Part shown: positions 1-11,800 of the stretch, one piece after another | Position numbering within the stretch: position 1 is the stretch's first letter | Layout of the letters: each line of letters begins with the position of its first letter | Assembly: GCA_019748175.1 (NCBI GenBank) | Contig: JAIEPX010000012.1 | Span: forward strand, 132,413 to 196,412 | Direction of reading: 5' to 3' | Source: Gammaproteobacteria bacterium | Lineage (GTDB): Bacteria > Pseudomonadota > Gammaproteobacteria > JAIEPX01 | DNA: 64,000 bases | The notes under the pieces: model-generated | Database searches by the model: none | Seen by the model: the letters and a program-made list of their open reading frames with translations, nothing else | Told to the model about the DNA's origin: nothing | Translations under genes and position numbers: made by a program

Positions 1-144
1 CATATCAAGGTCAGTTTTGTTGGATATTTCTATAGATCCAATGGTAACGCCAGCTCGATTGATGACTGCTTCCTTCGCGTCAGCTGCAAAAACTGAACTG
101 TGAGCAAGCAGAACTAAACTGAATCCTAAAATTTGTACTTTCAT
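1..144 (-). CDS. Partial CDS for the 5' end of a secreted protein of unknown function. The N-terminus MKVQILGFSLVLLAHSSVFA-ADAKEAV is a signal peptide. The gene runs off the left edge of the window.
   Basis: There is an ATG at 144..142 on the minus strand, preceded by AGGAAGAGG. The translation gives a hydrophobic h-region and a VFA-A cleavage motif. It is absent from the ORF track because only 48 codons lie in the window. Confidence 0.45.
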   Translation of the reverse strand, partial: MKVQILGFSLVLLAHSSVFAADAKEAVINRAGVTIGSIEISNKTDLDM

Positions 145-225
145 TGCCTCTTCCTTGAACAATAAACTTATCTTTAAGTAAAGCAGACCTTATGAGATTG
201 TCAAATTATGCTCTGTCTTTATCTA
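43..225. repeat. Left copy of a ~183-bp imperfect direct repeat, about 90% identical to 12793-12975.
   Basis: Direct alignment of 43-225 with 12793-12975 shows only scattered substitutions. The copy contains the RBS and first ~34 codons of the minus-strand secreted-protein gene, plus a TTGACA on the minus strand. Confidence 0.8.
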
Positions 226-237
226 TGAAAGAAATAA

Positions 238-2646
238 CTAAGACTTCACTCTAAGCGATAAAAGCCATGCTGATAACATATGAGTTAAACCAATACTCGT
301 AATAGGTTTTGTCAGTACATTATCGATTCCAGCTTGCAAGCACTTTTCTCTATCATTTTCGGAAGCATACGCAGTTAATGCTATAACGGGCGTATGATGA
401 TCATTTTTTTCTAACTCTCGAATTTTTTGTGTCACAACAAAACCATCCATATCCGGCAGCCCAATGTCCATTAAGATAAGATCGTAGGTATTCTTTTTAA
501 ACAACTTCAAGGCTAATATGCCATTATCAGCTACATCCGCTTTACAGCCCAAATCTTTCAAGAAATGAAGGACTACTCGTTGATTAATTAAATTATCTTC
601 GACGAGAAGAATTTTTGGATTAATATCGGCGAAAAGTTTTGAGGCATGTGTTAAACTTGCTTGATATTTTTCCCAGCAAGATGCTAAGTGCACTATAAAT
701 TTATTGTCATAACCGGCAATATGAATGAAATCAAAAATACCATTATCATTCTTTTCTAATTTTTGATTCTTATCAGAATAAAGTAATAACATAGGATTAT
801 ATAACGCAGGAAGAGCCTCCTTTAACTTGCCTAAATTTCCTTTATTATAAAAATGTGAATGGTTTGAAAGCAATATTAGCTGATAATGATGATTGCGTTT
901 TGCGGCATTTTCAAGAGCGTCAAATGCACTCGAACTTGACACTAAAGATACTGAAGAAGTATGGATAAGCTGTAATATTTTTGTGCCCACACTAAGATCA
1001 TCATCTACAATTAAAATTTTCACCTGAGCATACTTGCTTGCCCATAAATTTGATTTGTTAAGTTGAGGCTGGGCTGTAAATGTTAAATTTACTGTAAATG
1101 TTGTTCCCTTATTGAATTTACTATCAACGAAAATTTCACCTTTCATTAGTTCTACCAATTGCTTCACGATGGCAAGACCTAAACCTGTACCACTATGAAG
1201 CTTACTATAGGAAGAATCTAACTGACGAAAGCGGTCGAAAATTACCTCAATTTGATCTGAGGGAATACCAATACCTGTATCTTTAATGATAAAAGACAAT
1301 GTATATTTTCTATTCGACCTCTCTAAAAACTTCACTATCAAATCAGCTTTACCATGATCCGTAAACTTAACCGCATTACCTAATATATTAAGTAGTATTT
1401 GGTAAAGTCTTTGACTATCTCCAAGTAACAATGTCGGTACATCACCATCTATTTTTGTAGATAAAGTAATATTCTTTTGACCCGCCAGTGTTGATACTTG
1501 TTTTATTACACTATCAATTATGTACACTAAATCGAAAGGAGTATTAATGATTTCTAATTCACCGGCCTCAAGCTTTGAAAGATCAAGAATACTGTTGATA
1601 AGTGATAATAATGTTTTTCCAGAATTAGTGATATCTTCAACTAACAAGATTTGATCAGTTGAAAGCTTTTGTCTTGATAAAAGTTCGGTCATCCCGATGA
1701 TACCATTTAATGGCGTTCTTAATTCATGGCTAACCGTCGCCAAAAAGTCAGATTTGGCTTGATTTGCTATTTCAGCCTTTTCACGTGCCTCAACAAGTTC
1801 ATTTTCTTTCTTAACACGATCAGTAATATCTGTAGAAATACCAATGACACCGACAATCTTGCCATGTTCATTTCTAAACGGCACTCGAGTTGTAGTTTGG
1901 TAAATGATTTCACCATTAGAAGTTGTTAAGAAATTGATATTTTCGTTGGGTTTACCTGTTTTCATTACTTCCAGGTCATTTGATCGCCACAATTTTGCCT
2001 GTTCTTTTGGCCAATTTCGAATTTTAGCCATATCATAATACGTTAAACCTCTTACTTCTTTTCGAGAATTAAAACCGAGAATCTTTGCTAAATTATCATT
2101 ACAGCCTAGATTTGCAGAATTTTTATCGACCCAATAAACGTTAGAAGGTAAATGAGCTAAGATTCTATCTAACTGAAGTGCTGCAAGTTTAGTTTCTTTT
2201 TCAGCGGACCTAATCATTTTTTCCAATTGTTTTTCTTTCTTATTATGCTCTGTGATATCGATCATCTGAACGATGATGCCAGTCACTTTCTTTTTCACAC
2301 AGATAGGCTTATGTATACAAGACACTAGAATTTTTTTGCCTTTTTTCAACGGTATCCAGAGCACATGCTCATATTTTTTATTGTTTTCGAGCACTTTATT
2401 ATCATAAGACCTTAATTCTTCGAAGACACCCGCGTGAATTAAACTATTTTTTTGTATCTTGCTATAGTTTTTACCAAGTAATTTTTGTTTCGTTTTTAGG
2501 CCTAATAATTTCAACATGCTGTCATTGCAGCCTAAAATCACACCTGAGGCATCTTGCCAATAGATATAACTTGATAAATTCGCTATAATTTCACAAATAT
2601 TTTTTGTTTTCATGTCACCCTTCATGTTACTCAACGATGAGATCAT
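238..2646 (-). CDS. Hybrid sensor histidine kinase/response regulator. It has two PAS domains, HisKA and HATPase_c domains, a degenerate pseudo-receiver and a C-terminal REC domain.
   Basis: The H-box is HELRTPLNGIIGMTELL and the G-box is GTGLGLAIVKQL. A second REC domain has LILMDIGLPDMDG and a conserved TAYA/K. The PAS-like N-terminal halves contain YWQDASG and YWVDKNS. AGGAG lies 8 nt before the ATG at 2646. Confidence 0.85.
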   Translation of the reverse strand: MISSLSNMKGDMKTKNICEIIANLSSYIYWQDASGVILGCNDSMLKLLGLKTKQKLLGKNYSKIQKNSLIHAGVFEELRSYDNKVLENNKKYEHVLWIPLKKGKKILVSCIHKPICVKKKVTGIIVQMIDITEHNKKEKQLEKMIRSAEKETKLAALQLDRILAHLPSNVYWVDKNSANLGCNDNLAKILGFNSRKEVRGLTYYDMAKIRNWPKEQAKLWRSNDLEVMKTGKPNENINFLTTSNGEIIYQTTTRVPFRNEHGKIVGVIGISTDITDRVKKENELVEAREKAEIANQAKSDFLATVSHELRTPLNGIIGMTELLSRQKLSTDQILLVEDITNSGKTLLSLINSILDLSKLEAGELEIINTPFDLVYIIDSVIKQVSTLAGQKNITLSTKIDGDVPTLLLGDSQRLYQILLNILGNAVKFTDHGKADLIVKFLERSNRKYTLSFIIKDTGIGIPSDQIEVIFDRFRQLDSSYSKLHSGTGLGLAIVKQLVELMKGEIFVDSKFNKGTTFTVNLTFTAQPQLNKSNLWASKYAQVKILIVDDDLSVGTKILQLIHTSSVSLVSSSSAFDALENAAKRNHHYQLILLSNHSHFYNKGNLGKLKEALPALYNPMLLLYSDKNQKLEKNDNGIFDFIHIAGYDNKFIVHLASCWEKYQASLTHASKLFADINPKILLVEDNLINQRVVLHFLKDLGCKADVADNGILALKLFKKNTYDLILMDIGLPDMDGFVVTQKIRELEKNDHHTPVIALTAYASENDREKCLQAGIDNVLTKPITSIGLTHMLSAWLLSLRVKS

Positions 2647-2702
2647 CCTAAAACTCCTGTAATCTCTGGATACAGAATAACGTTACATGCCACACTATTA
2701 CG

Positions 2703-2730
2703 TTTACATGTTAATATATTCCAGGCTATA
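2703..2730 (+). promoter_or_regulatory. Putative sigma70-like promoter for the NRPS gene: TTTACA, a 16-nt spacer, then TATAAT.
   Basis: TTTACA is at 2703-2708 and TATAAT at 2725-2730, within the 200-bp divergent intergenic region. No experimental support is available. Confidence 0.3.
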
Positions 2731-2847
2731 ATGAAACAATTTAAGAGACTTGCTTTCGTCCTGGATACACTTTACATCGTAGCGACCGTCAACTAAATAC
2801 TCTATCAAAGCAAGATTAGTATCTTACCTTCAGGATGTATTGATAAT

Positions 2848-5800
2848 ATGGCAAAGGCTACAAGTACTGAAAGTATTAAATGCGTCGTTATAGGCAAAAA
2901 CAGCCTCGCTTTGGAATGTGCGAGCCGGTTGTTTAGTAACCCAAATTTCACTCTAGTTTCAATTGTTTCACCTGATCCACAGCTCGAATCACTGGCTGTA
3001 TCGAATAATATTCCTTACTATAAAAACACAGACACTTGGATTCAATCAGAGCTAAAAACCAAAATTGATTATTTATTCAGCATAATTCATGAAGATATTT
3101 TGACTGACGAGATCCTCCAGCTACCTCGCCGGGGAGCTATCAATTTCCATGATAGCCCATTGCCCCGTTATGCAGGACTCCATGCAACATCATGGGCAAT
3201 TCTAAACAATGAAAGCACCCATGGAGTTACTTGGCATATGATGTCAGGCAAAGTTGATTCGGGGGATATAGTAAAACAAAAAAGAGTTGAAATACTCCCA
3301 GACGATACAGCACTCGTACTAAACATGAAATGTTATGAAGCCGGTTTAGAACTATTCAACGAACTGTTAGAAGATCTTCAACGTGTTTATCTTATCACTC
3401 AACCTCAAGATTTATCTAAGAGAACTTACTACGGATACACTGCTAAACCTCCACTAGGCGGAATCATTAATTTTAATGATACCAGCCAAAATATCTATCG
3501 CAGTTGGCGATCAATGTATTTTGGACATACTCTCAATGATTTTGCTTCCTGTAAGTTTTTTATCGGAACCCGATGTTTCATCATCCAGGAAATGCAAATT
3601 AAGGCCTCCAGTTCAGATTGTGAACCTGGTCAAATAATAGAAATTACTAATGACCACATTCAAATAGCCACCAAAACAGGCGATGTATTCATAACCTCAC
3701 TAAAAACCCTGGATGGGCACCCTTGTAATTTTCTTAATCTAAAAAAATTGACCCAATTAAGTGAAGGAGACACTATTTCTCACCATGATATCGCTCTAAT
3801 GGAAAAAATATCTTCTAAAATTACCCAATTATTTCCACATGAACGTTACTGGGTGGATGAGCTTTGCGCCATTAATCCCACAAGCTTTCCATACTTTTCT
3901 CATCCGACTACAAAATTTAAAATAACAAGCCAAAAAAAGCTTGATCTTGAACCTCTACTGAGCCACAAAAATCAACATTTTGATTGGGAAATTTCTTATC
4001 TATGCATTCTGTCAATATATTTATTTCGCATCACAAATAAAAATAACATAACACTAGGCATTTACAGACCACAACAAAATACTGAAATCAACACAAGTTT
4101 CTTTTCAGATATCGTTCCACTCAATCTGCATTTCGAACCTCAAGACACGTTTTTAGATTTATATGCTCAGATTGAAAAAAAAATAAATCAAGTAACTACA
4201 CATTCAACATTTTTAAATGACATTACCTATCGTTATCCTGACTTAACTGATATATCAACTAGTCATCCAGGAATATATCCGTGCCTAATCGAGTATATTA
4301 ACAAAAAAGAACCTCAATTAAAGTCACAACTAGAATTAACAACCTCATATTTCAAATTGACAATTGACACTGCCAACAGGGAATACGTACTTGCACTAGG
4401 TTCTTCTAAAAACGAAGAAATTAAACCTAAAGAATTATTAGATAAAATACATTCTCATCTCTTTAATTTGCTTGATTCTATCAAAAATAATATTTTAACA
4501 CCAATTATTGCTCATTCATATTTAGATAAAAAAGAAATTCAACAATTACTACCTGCAAAGATAGATGATACAAAAAATATTCTTAATTCAAACGTTATAC
4601 AACTCTTTAAGGAGCAAGTTAATCGTTATGGAAATCATCTCAGCATAATTTCCTCTGAACACTCATTAACTTATGAAGATCTGGATAACCAATCTAATCA
4701 CCTTGCAGCGTATATTCTAGAGCATGTAAAATCCCCGCAAAAATCAATAGCTTTAATAATGAATCAGTCTGATACTGCAATTATATCGATGCTTGCAATA
4801 CTAAAAATTAATTGCATATATGTTCCACTAAACCCAGATAATCCTACAAACAGACTGCGATATATTCTTAAAGACGTTGATGCTGCAATGGTTCTCACTA
4901 ATACCCAGAATTTACAAGTAACTCATGCATGCACTGAAAACCTCAATATTCCGGTACTTAATGTTGAGAATACTGAAATACTTGACCAATACTCACTACC
5001 TACAAATCATCAAGTCAAAATATTACCTGATGACCTGGCGTACATATTATACACTTCAGGATCAACAGGTGATCCCAAGGGCGTTCAGATTTACCATAAA
5101 GGAATTGTGCGATTAGTCAAGGAGCAAAATTATGTACAGTTTACTCAAAATGATATTGTTGCTCAATTCACTACGCTAATTTTTGATGTATCAACTTTTG
5201 AAATTTGGGGAGCATTACTGAACGGATCCACCTTATTTATCATTGATAAAACTCTAGGTTTAGAACCAGAAAAATTACATAATATTATTAGAGATAATTG
5301 TACAATCTTGTTCATGACCCCAGCAGTTTTCGTGGAAGTTTATAAAGCCGAGCCAGATACTTTTGATAACCTGAGAATATTGATTCTAGGAGGAGAAGTT
5401 GTTCGAAGTGAAGATGTTCGAAGGCTTTTAAAGAGAAAAGAAGAGCTGAATCTAAATCTCACTATCATAAACGGGTATGGCCCTACTGAAAATACAACTT
5501 GGTCAACATATTATACTATCGATAAACTCAAACCAGGTCGTGATAGCATCCCAATTGGAAAATCTATTTCATACAGCTCAGCTTATATACTTGATAATTA
5601 TTTCAATCTACTTCCAGTCGGAGTTCCAGGCGAATTGTATCTAGGAGGACTTGGAATCGCTAAAGGTTATATTAACCACGAACAACTGACTCAAAAAGCA
5701 TTTATTAAAGACCCGTTTTCAAAGGGCAATACACTGTATAAAACTGGCGACATAGTGAAAATGCTACCAGATGGGAACATTCTTTTCATTTCTCGAATAG

Positions 5801-8800
5801 ATAGTCAAGTTAAAATAAAAGGAATTAGAGTCGAATTAGGTGAAATTGAAAGTTGGCTGTTAAAATATCATTCTGTCAAACAGGGAGTTGTCGTCTCCAA
5901 ACCAATTAAATCAAACAGACATCAATTAATTGCATATATTGTACCAGAAAGTCAACATTTCAACATAGTTGAATTGCAACATTACTTGTCTCAACATTTG
6001 CCAGAATACATGGTACCCTTACAGTATGTCATCATCGATAATTTTCCTTTGTCACCTAGCAAAAAGATTGACCATTCAAAACTGCCTGATCCATTACCTC
6101 TTGATGCAAAGAACTATCAAGCTCCACGAAATGATAAAGAAGCCTTATTAGTCAAAATATGGAGTCAAATATTAAGAATAAAACACATAGGCAGAAATGA
6201 TAATTTTTTTGCAATGGGTGGCGACTCAATCATCGCAATGCAAATAATCACAAAAGCGTACCATGATGGCTGGAAATTAAAAGCAGCTGATATTTTTCAT
6301 TACCCCTGCATATCAAAACTTGCCCCACGTCTAAAACCAATACAATCAAAGACGTCAAATGAAAGTATAACAGACACGATTGAAGGAAATATCCCCTTAA
6401 CACCAATTCAACATTGGTTTTTCGAGTCTGCATATTCCATGACATCAAGTTTTAGTCAATATGTATTACTTAAATTAGATGCAAAACCAGATGAATCAAT
6501 TATTGAAAAAACCTTCGACGCACTTATTCAACACCATGACATCTTACGAACCTTCTATGAGAATTCAGAAGGTCACTGGCAACAAACTATTAATAGCATA
6601 GTTGAACCATTCAAAGTAAATCACGACACACTTGCCAGCAAAAAGTATGACTCTAAAATTGCTGAAATGGAAAGTAAAATATCTAAAACATACTCTAAAT
6701 TTAAACTAGACCAGCCTCCTTTAGTGAGATGTGTACTGTTTAGCGGATCAAATGATAATTACCTCGCAATAATCGCACACCATCTAGTAATTGACGGGGT
6801 TTCTTGGAGAATATTCTTAGACGATTTCTTCATGGCATACCATACTTATTATCATAACAAAACAATTCCACTTCCAATAAAATCATCCTCTTTTAAATCA
6901 TGGAGTAAGTACCTCTGTGAATTTTCATCATCAATTACCTTGTTAAATGAAACCAATTACTGGCTACAGCAATCATCTGATAATGAAATACCAACTGATT
7001 TTAGACGAGGCGAAAATACTGAGAAAAATGCAAAAACTATCGAAAGTGAACTCGACCTTACCAATATAAGCTTAACATATAAGCAAGTAAGCGCGAGGGA
7101 TATATTAACTACAGCATTGGCAATCACATTGTGTGATTATTTTGATCTAAATGAAATTAATTTTTACATGGAGAGCCATGGTCGTGAAACCTTCAATAGC
7201 AAACTTGATTTATCACGGTCTATGGGATGGTTTACCTCTCTTTCACCTATAAAATTATCATTAGAATCTTCACAAAATAAAATTCAATATTTAAACATGC
7301 TCAGAAATGTCCGTAAAAAAATTGGCAATATTCCGCGACAAGGCATTGGCTTTGGATTAGTCAAATATCTTACAGAAGATCTTAACACTCGCAAAATAGT
7401 GAATGACATCTTAGTTTCCTCAATGTGTTTTAATTTTCTTGGGAATTTTGATGCTGGGATCAATACTAGTGACATGCAATTGGTTGGACGCCCAATTAGA
7501 TTAACAGACTCGGCGACTTCTTTACGGCAATTTTTGATTGAATTAACAGCGTGGATCAAAAACGATAAGTTACATTTGGAATGGAAATATAGTGCTAATT
7601 ATTACAAAGCCTCTACAATCCAAGCAGTTTCCAACCACTACATAAAAAATATTAATTCTATCGTTTCTCAATGTATCAATTCACTATCACAAACGTTGGT
7701 GTCTCACGACTTCCCACTAGCCTCCCTCACTCAGGAACAATTAAGTATCTGCATTACTAAATACCCTAATTTAGAAAATATTGCTCAGCTTTCTTCGTTA
7801 CAAAGTGGTTTGTTGTTCCACCACTTACAATATCCTGACAGTAATATTTATCACTCTCAATATATTTGGACAGATACCCGCGCTTTAGATTTGCGGGTAT
7901 TTAAAAAGGCTTGGGAAACCATTATCAAACGCCATAGTATATTTAGAACCACCTTCCTTTGGAAACATTTCAAATCTCCTATTCAGATTGTCGATTCAAC
8001 GATCAAATTACCGTGGAAAAATTATATTTGCTCTTCATTATCACGAGAAGCAAAAAAGGCGATGATAAATGCGATACTTCGCGAAGATCAAGAACGTTAT
8101 TTTGACTTTTCAGATCATCCTCTGATGCGATTAAGTATTATTCAAACCAACCCAAGTACATACGTCATAGTTTGGACACATCATCATATTTTACTTGGCG
8201 CGTCTAGTATAAAAAATGTCATTTCAGAATTATATCTAATATACCACGCCCTTCTTTCAGATCAACAATACTACCTACCTCCAGCGGTACCTTTTTCCGA
8301 ATACATCGCTTATCAAAATCAAAAATTTAATCATAAATTAAGTAAGCGTTTTTGGATAAAATACTTAAATAGATTTAATAGTATCGCAATAACAAAATTA
8401 CTCGGTGAAATTCATGAAAATACATCCCCGGACTTTCATCAACATGAGTTCGTAATACCCGATAAGTACGCATCTAAAATCAAAAAGTTTTCAAAGTCCT
8501 GCAACACCTCGCTTAACACCGTAATGTTATACGCATGGGCTTTACTGATCTCACGATACACTGACTCATTGGACATTAGCGTCGGTGTTGCGATTTCAAC
8601 AAGACCTAATGATTATTTCACTAATGAAAGCATCATCGGTCCGCTCATTAATACACTACCGTGCAGAATTACACTCGAAGATGATGAGCCATTGCAGCAA
8701 TCACTTAAGCGGATAAATGACAACATCCTTGATATAACACAACATTCTCATACAGCACTGTTAGATATCTATAAGTGGCTTAAACGAAATACACAAGACC

Positions 8801-11800
8801 AACTTTTCGATACGCTTTTCGTTTTTGAGAATTACCCCTTGGATTTTATTGATGAACATATCAGTGAATTAAAAGTCAACGCGATTACTCATTATCCACT
8901 CGTCCTTAATGTATACCCTCATGATAAAATTCAACTGGTTATGACATATAACAAAAATGTTATATGTACAACTATAATTGAAAACATTATGACAAATTAT
9001 TACCACACCCTCTGCGAAATTATTGATGATAATATACGTAATACTAAGGATATTGATATACTTTCAATTACTGAATCATCATTGCTAAAAAACTCTTGGA
9101 ACCATCGAAAATCAGATTATCCTCATTTCACTATCACGAACCTTTTTACGGAAATAGCAAACCTATATCCATCTAAAACTGCGATCACCTATCAAAATGA
9201 AAAACTGACGTACGATAAACTTGATAAAGTGACCAATCGCTGGGCTAATTATCTCCTTGAAAATGGTTTAAACAAGGGTGATGTTGTCGCTGTTTATATT
9301 GATAGAAGTATTGAAATGGTAATTGCCCTTTTAGCAATACTTAAAGCTGGGGGTGTTTATTTACCAATTGATACAACTTACCCCACCTATAGGGTTAATT
9401 ACATACTCGATGATGCGGGTGCTAAATTCATATTCACTCAATCTTCATTATTAGGTATTATCGATCCTAAATATCTAAGCCTATCCATTGATATTCTTAA
9501 TAGCAACCTTATTACAACTGTTTATGACAACCTCCCATTAATAGAATTATCCTATAGTGATCTGATTTATATCATTTATACCTCAGGCACTACAGGCTTG
9601 CCAAAAGGCATACAGATTCAACACAAAAGTGTAATCAATACAATCTACTCAATATTTAGAGAATTAAAACTTTCTTCAAATGATAAATTACTATCATTCA
9701 CAAGTATCTCATTTGACATATCTGCACTCGAAATATTTGGGCCATTGCTTTGGGGAATGGAGCTTGAAATTGCAAGCTCTGAATCTACAAAAACTAATTC
9801 TTCTCTCACTAAACTTATGAACGAAAGCTCTCCAACTATAATTCAAGGTACCCCTAGTCTTCTATTCTTAATGGTAAATGCGGGTTGGAAACCTAAAAAA
9901 GGAATTAAAATCATCTCGGGTGGAGAGACGCTCACGCAAAGCTTGGCTAATTCAATCTTAGCTATGGGTGCAAATTTATGGAATGTATACGGACCTACAG
10001 AAACGACAATTTGGTCTACTATCTCTCGTGTATATTCAAATAAAAAGATCGTAATAGGTAAACCTATTGCAAATACAGCTATCTATATCTTAGATCAAAG
10101 ACAAAAAATAGCACCGATTGGCGTTCCAGGAGAGCTTGTAATTGGTGGAGATGGTATAACTCCAGGATACATTAATAGACCCGAACTAAATAAGAAACGT
10201 TTTATTCCAAACCCCTATTCTAGCTCAGTAGCAGAAAGACTGTATCGCACAGGTGATTTAGCTAGGTGGCTACCTTCAGGCGAACTAGAGTTTATTGATC
10301 GACTAGACAATCAAGTTAAAATACGTGGGTATCGAATTGAACTAGAAGAAATTCGTACTATCTTACTAAAATTCACATCGATCAAAGATTGTGTTGTATT
10401 AAAAGTTGGGGATAATTATAATGAAGCTCATTTGAAAGCATTTTTCACTTTAAAAAATCCAAATATGAATTTTGACATATCAGACTTACGCACGCATCTC
10501 GCTTCATATTTACCGTACTACATGATTCCTGATGAGTTTATTCCCGTTGAAGGGATACCAATCAATACAAATGGAAAGGTCGATAAAGAGCAAATCTTGC
10601 AACTATATGCATCTCATCATAAAAAAGACATCGGGAATTATAACCCCGTTGAAAACCCGACCGAACAACTAATCTTAAATCTATTTAATAAAGTACTCTC
10701 TGCAAAAAATATTGAACCTAATGATAGTTTTTTTGAACTCGGTGGTAATTCTATCTCAGCAATTCAGATATTATCGAATATACAAGATTGCTTCTCAATA
10801 TCTTTATCTTTGCCTGATATTTTAACCTTACAAACTCCACGACAATTAGCCAAAGCTATAATTCATAAAAAATTTCAAAATCTTGATAGCTACGAAAACA
10901 TCACTTCTCCTATAGTTGGTTTACAATTAAAAGGAGATAAACCACCATTATTTTTAATTCACCCTGTAGGTGGAACAATATTCTGGTTTGTTAAACTCGC
11001 ACAATATTTAGGTAAAGATCGACCAATTTATGGATTACAAGATCCTGCTTTATCTACAGAGAGAGCTCATTTTTCTACTTTCGAAGCAATGGCTACATTC
11101 TATGCTAAAGAAATTAAAAACATTCATCCAAATGGTCCTTATCTTCTGGCAGGTGCATCCTTCGGTGCAAATATGGCAGCAGAAATCGCAAAACAATTGA
11201 TCGCTGAAGGTAAAAAAGTCTTATTTGTAGGACTACTAGATGGGTGGGCAGAATACCCTGACGAAGTTTCTACACATCGTTTTTTGAAAAAAGAGATGAA
11301 AGCGCAGTATAATGAGCTAAAGAAGAAACTTCCTGAAGTTAATAATAACAGTATTAAACCTATTATTGACTTTGCATGGCATCGTTCACATTTACTTGAT
11401 GCCTATAGTCTCGATTGGATTGATTGCCCTCTAGTACTATTCAAAGCGAAAAGTACCTTAAGTATTTTCTCTGACATCGAGTCCCCAAGTAACCACTGGA
11501 CAGGAAGGACTCCATACTTAAAAACCATTATAGCCCCAGGTAACCACGAAACTATGTTTTTCGATCCAAATGTTGAAACACTAGCCAAACAAATAAACAC
11601 TGCTATTCATGATAGTGAAAATATGGGAAATCACGATTCTCACAATAATGCATTTTTCAATGATTCAGATATATCTTATCCAAGAATAACTGTGATTGAG
11701 ATGTTCGAATCCATTGCTGAAAAAGAATATAGCTCATTTGCCGCAGTAAACAATGGGATATGCTTGACGTATGAAAAATTAAATAATCTGGCAAACCAAC

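Noticed and set aside
1726-1929. Short ORFs nested antisense or out of frame inside large genes (e.g. 1726-1929, 4925-5116, 5969-6151, 6248-6448, 7284-7559, 11403-12689 set, 17124-18843 set, 21170-23074 set, 24873-25665 set, 27494-28070, 28713-29048).
   Set aside because: All lie within well-supported long CDSs (HK, NRPS, alaS, mutS, ankyrin protein, scpA and scpB). They lack an RBS and have low-complexity or atypical composition, so they are spurious.
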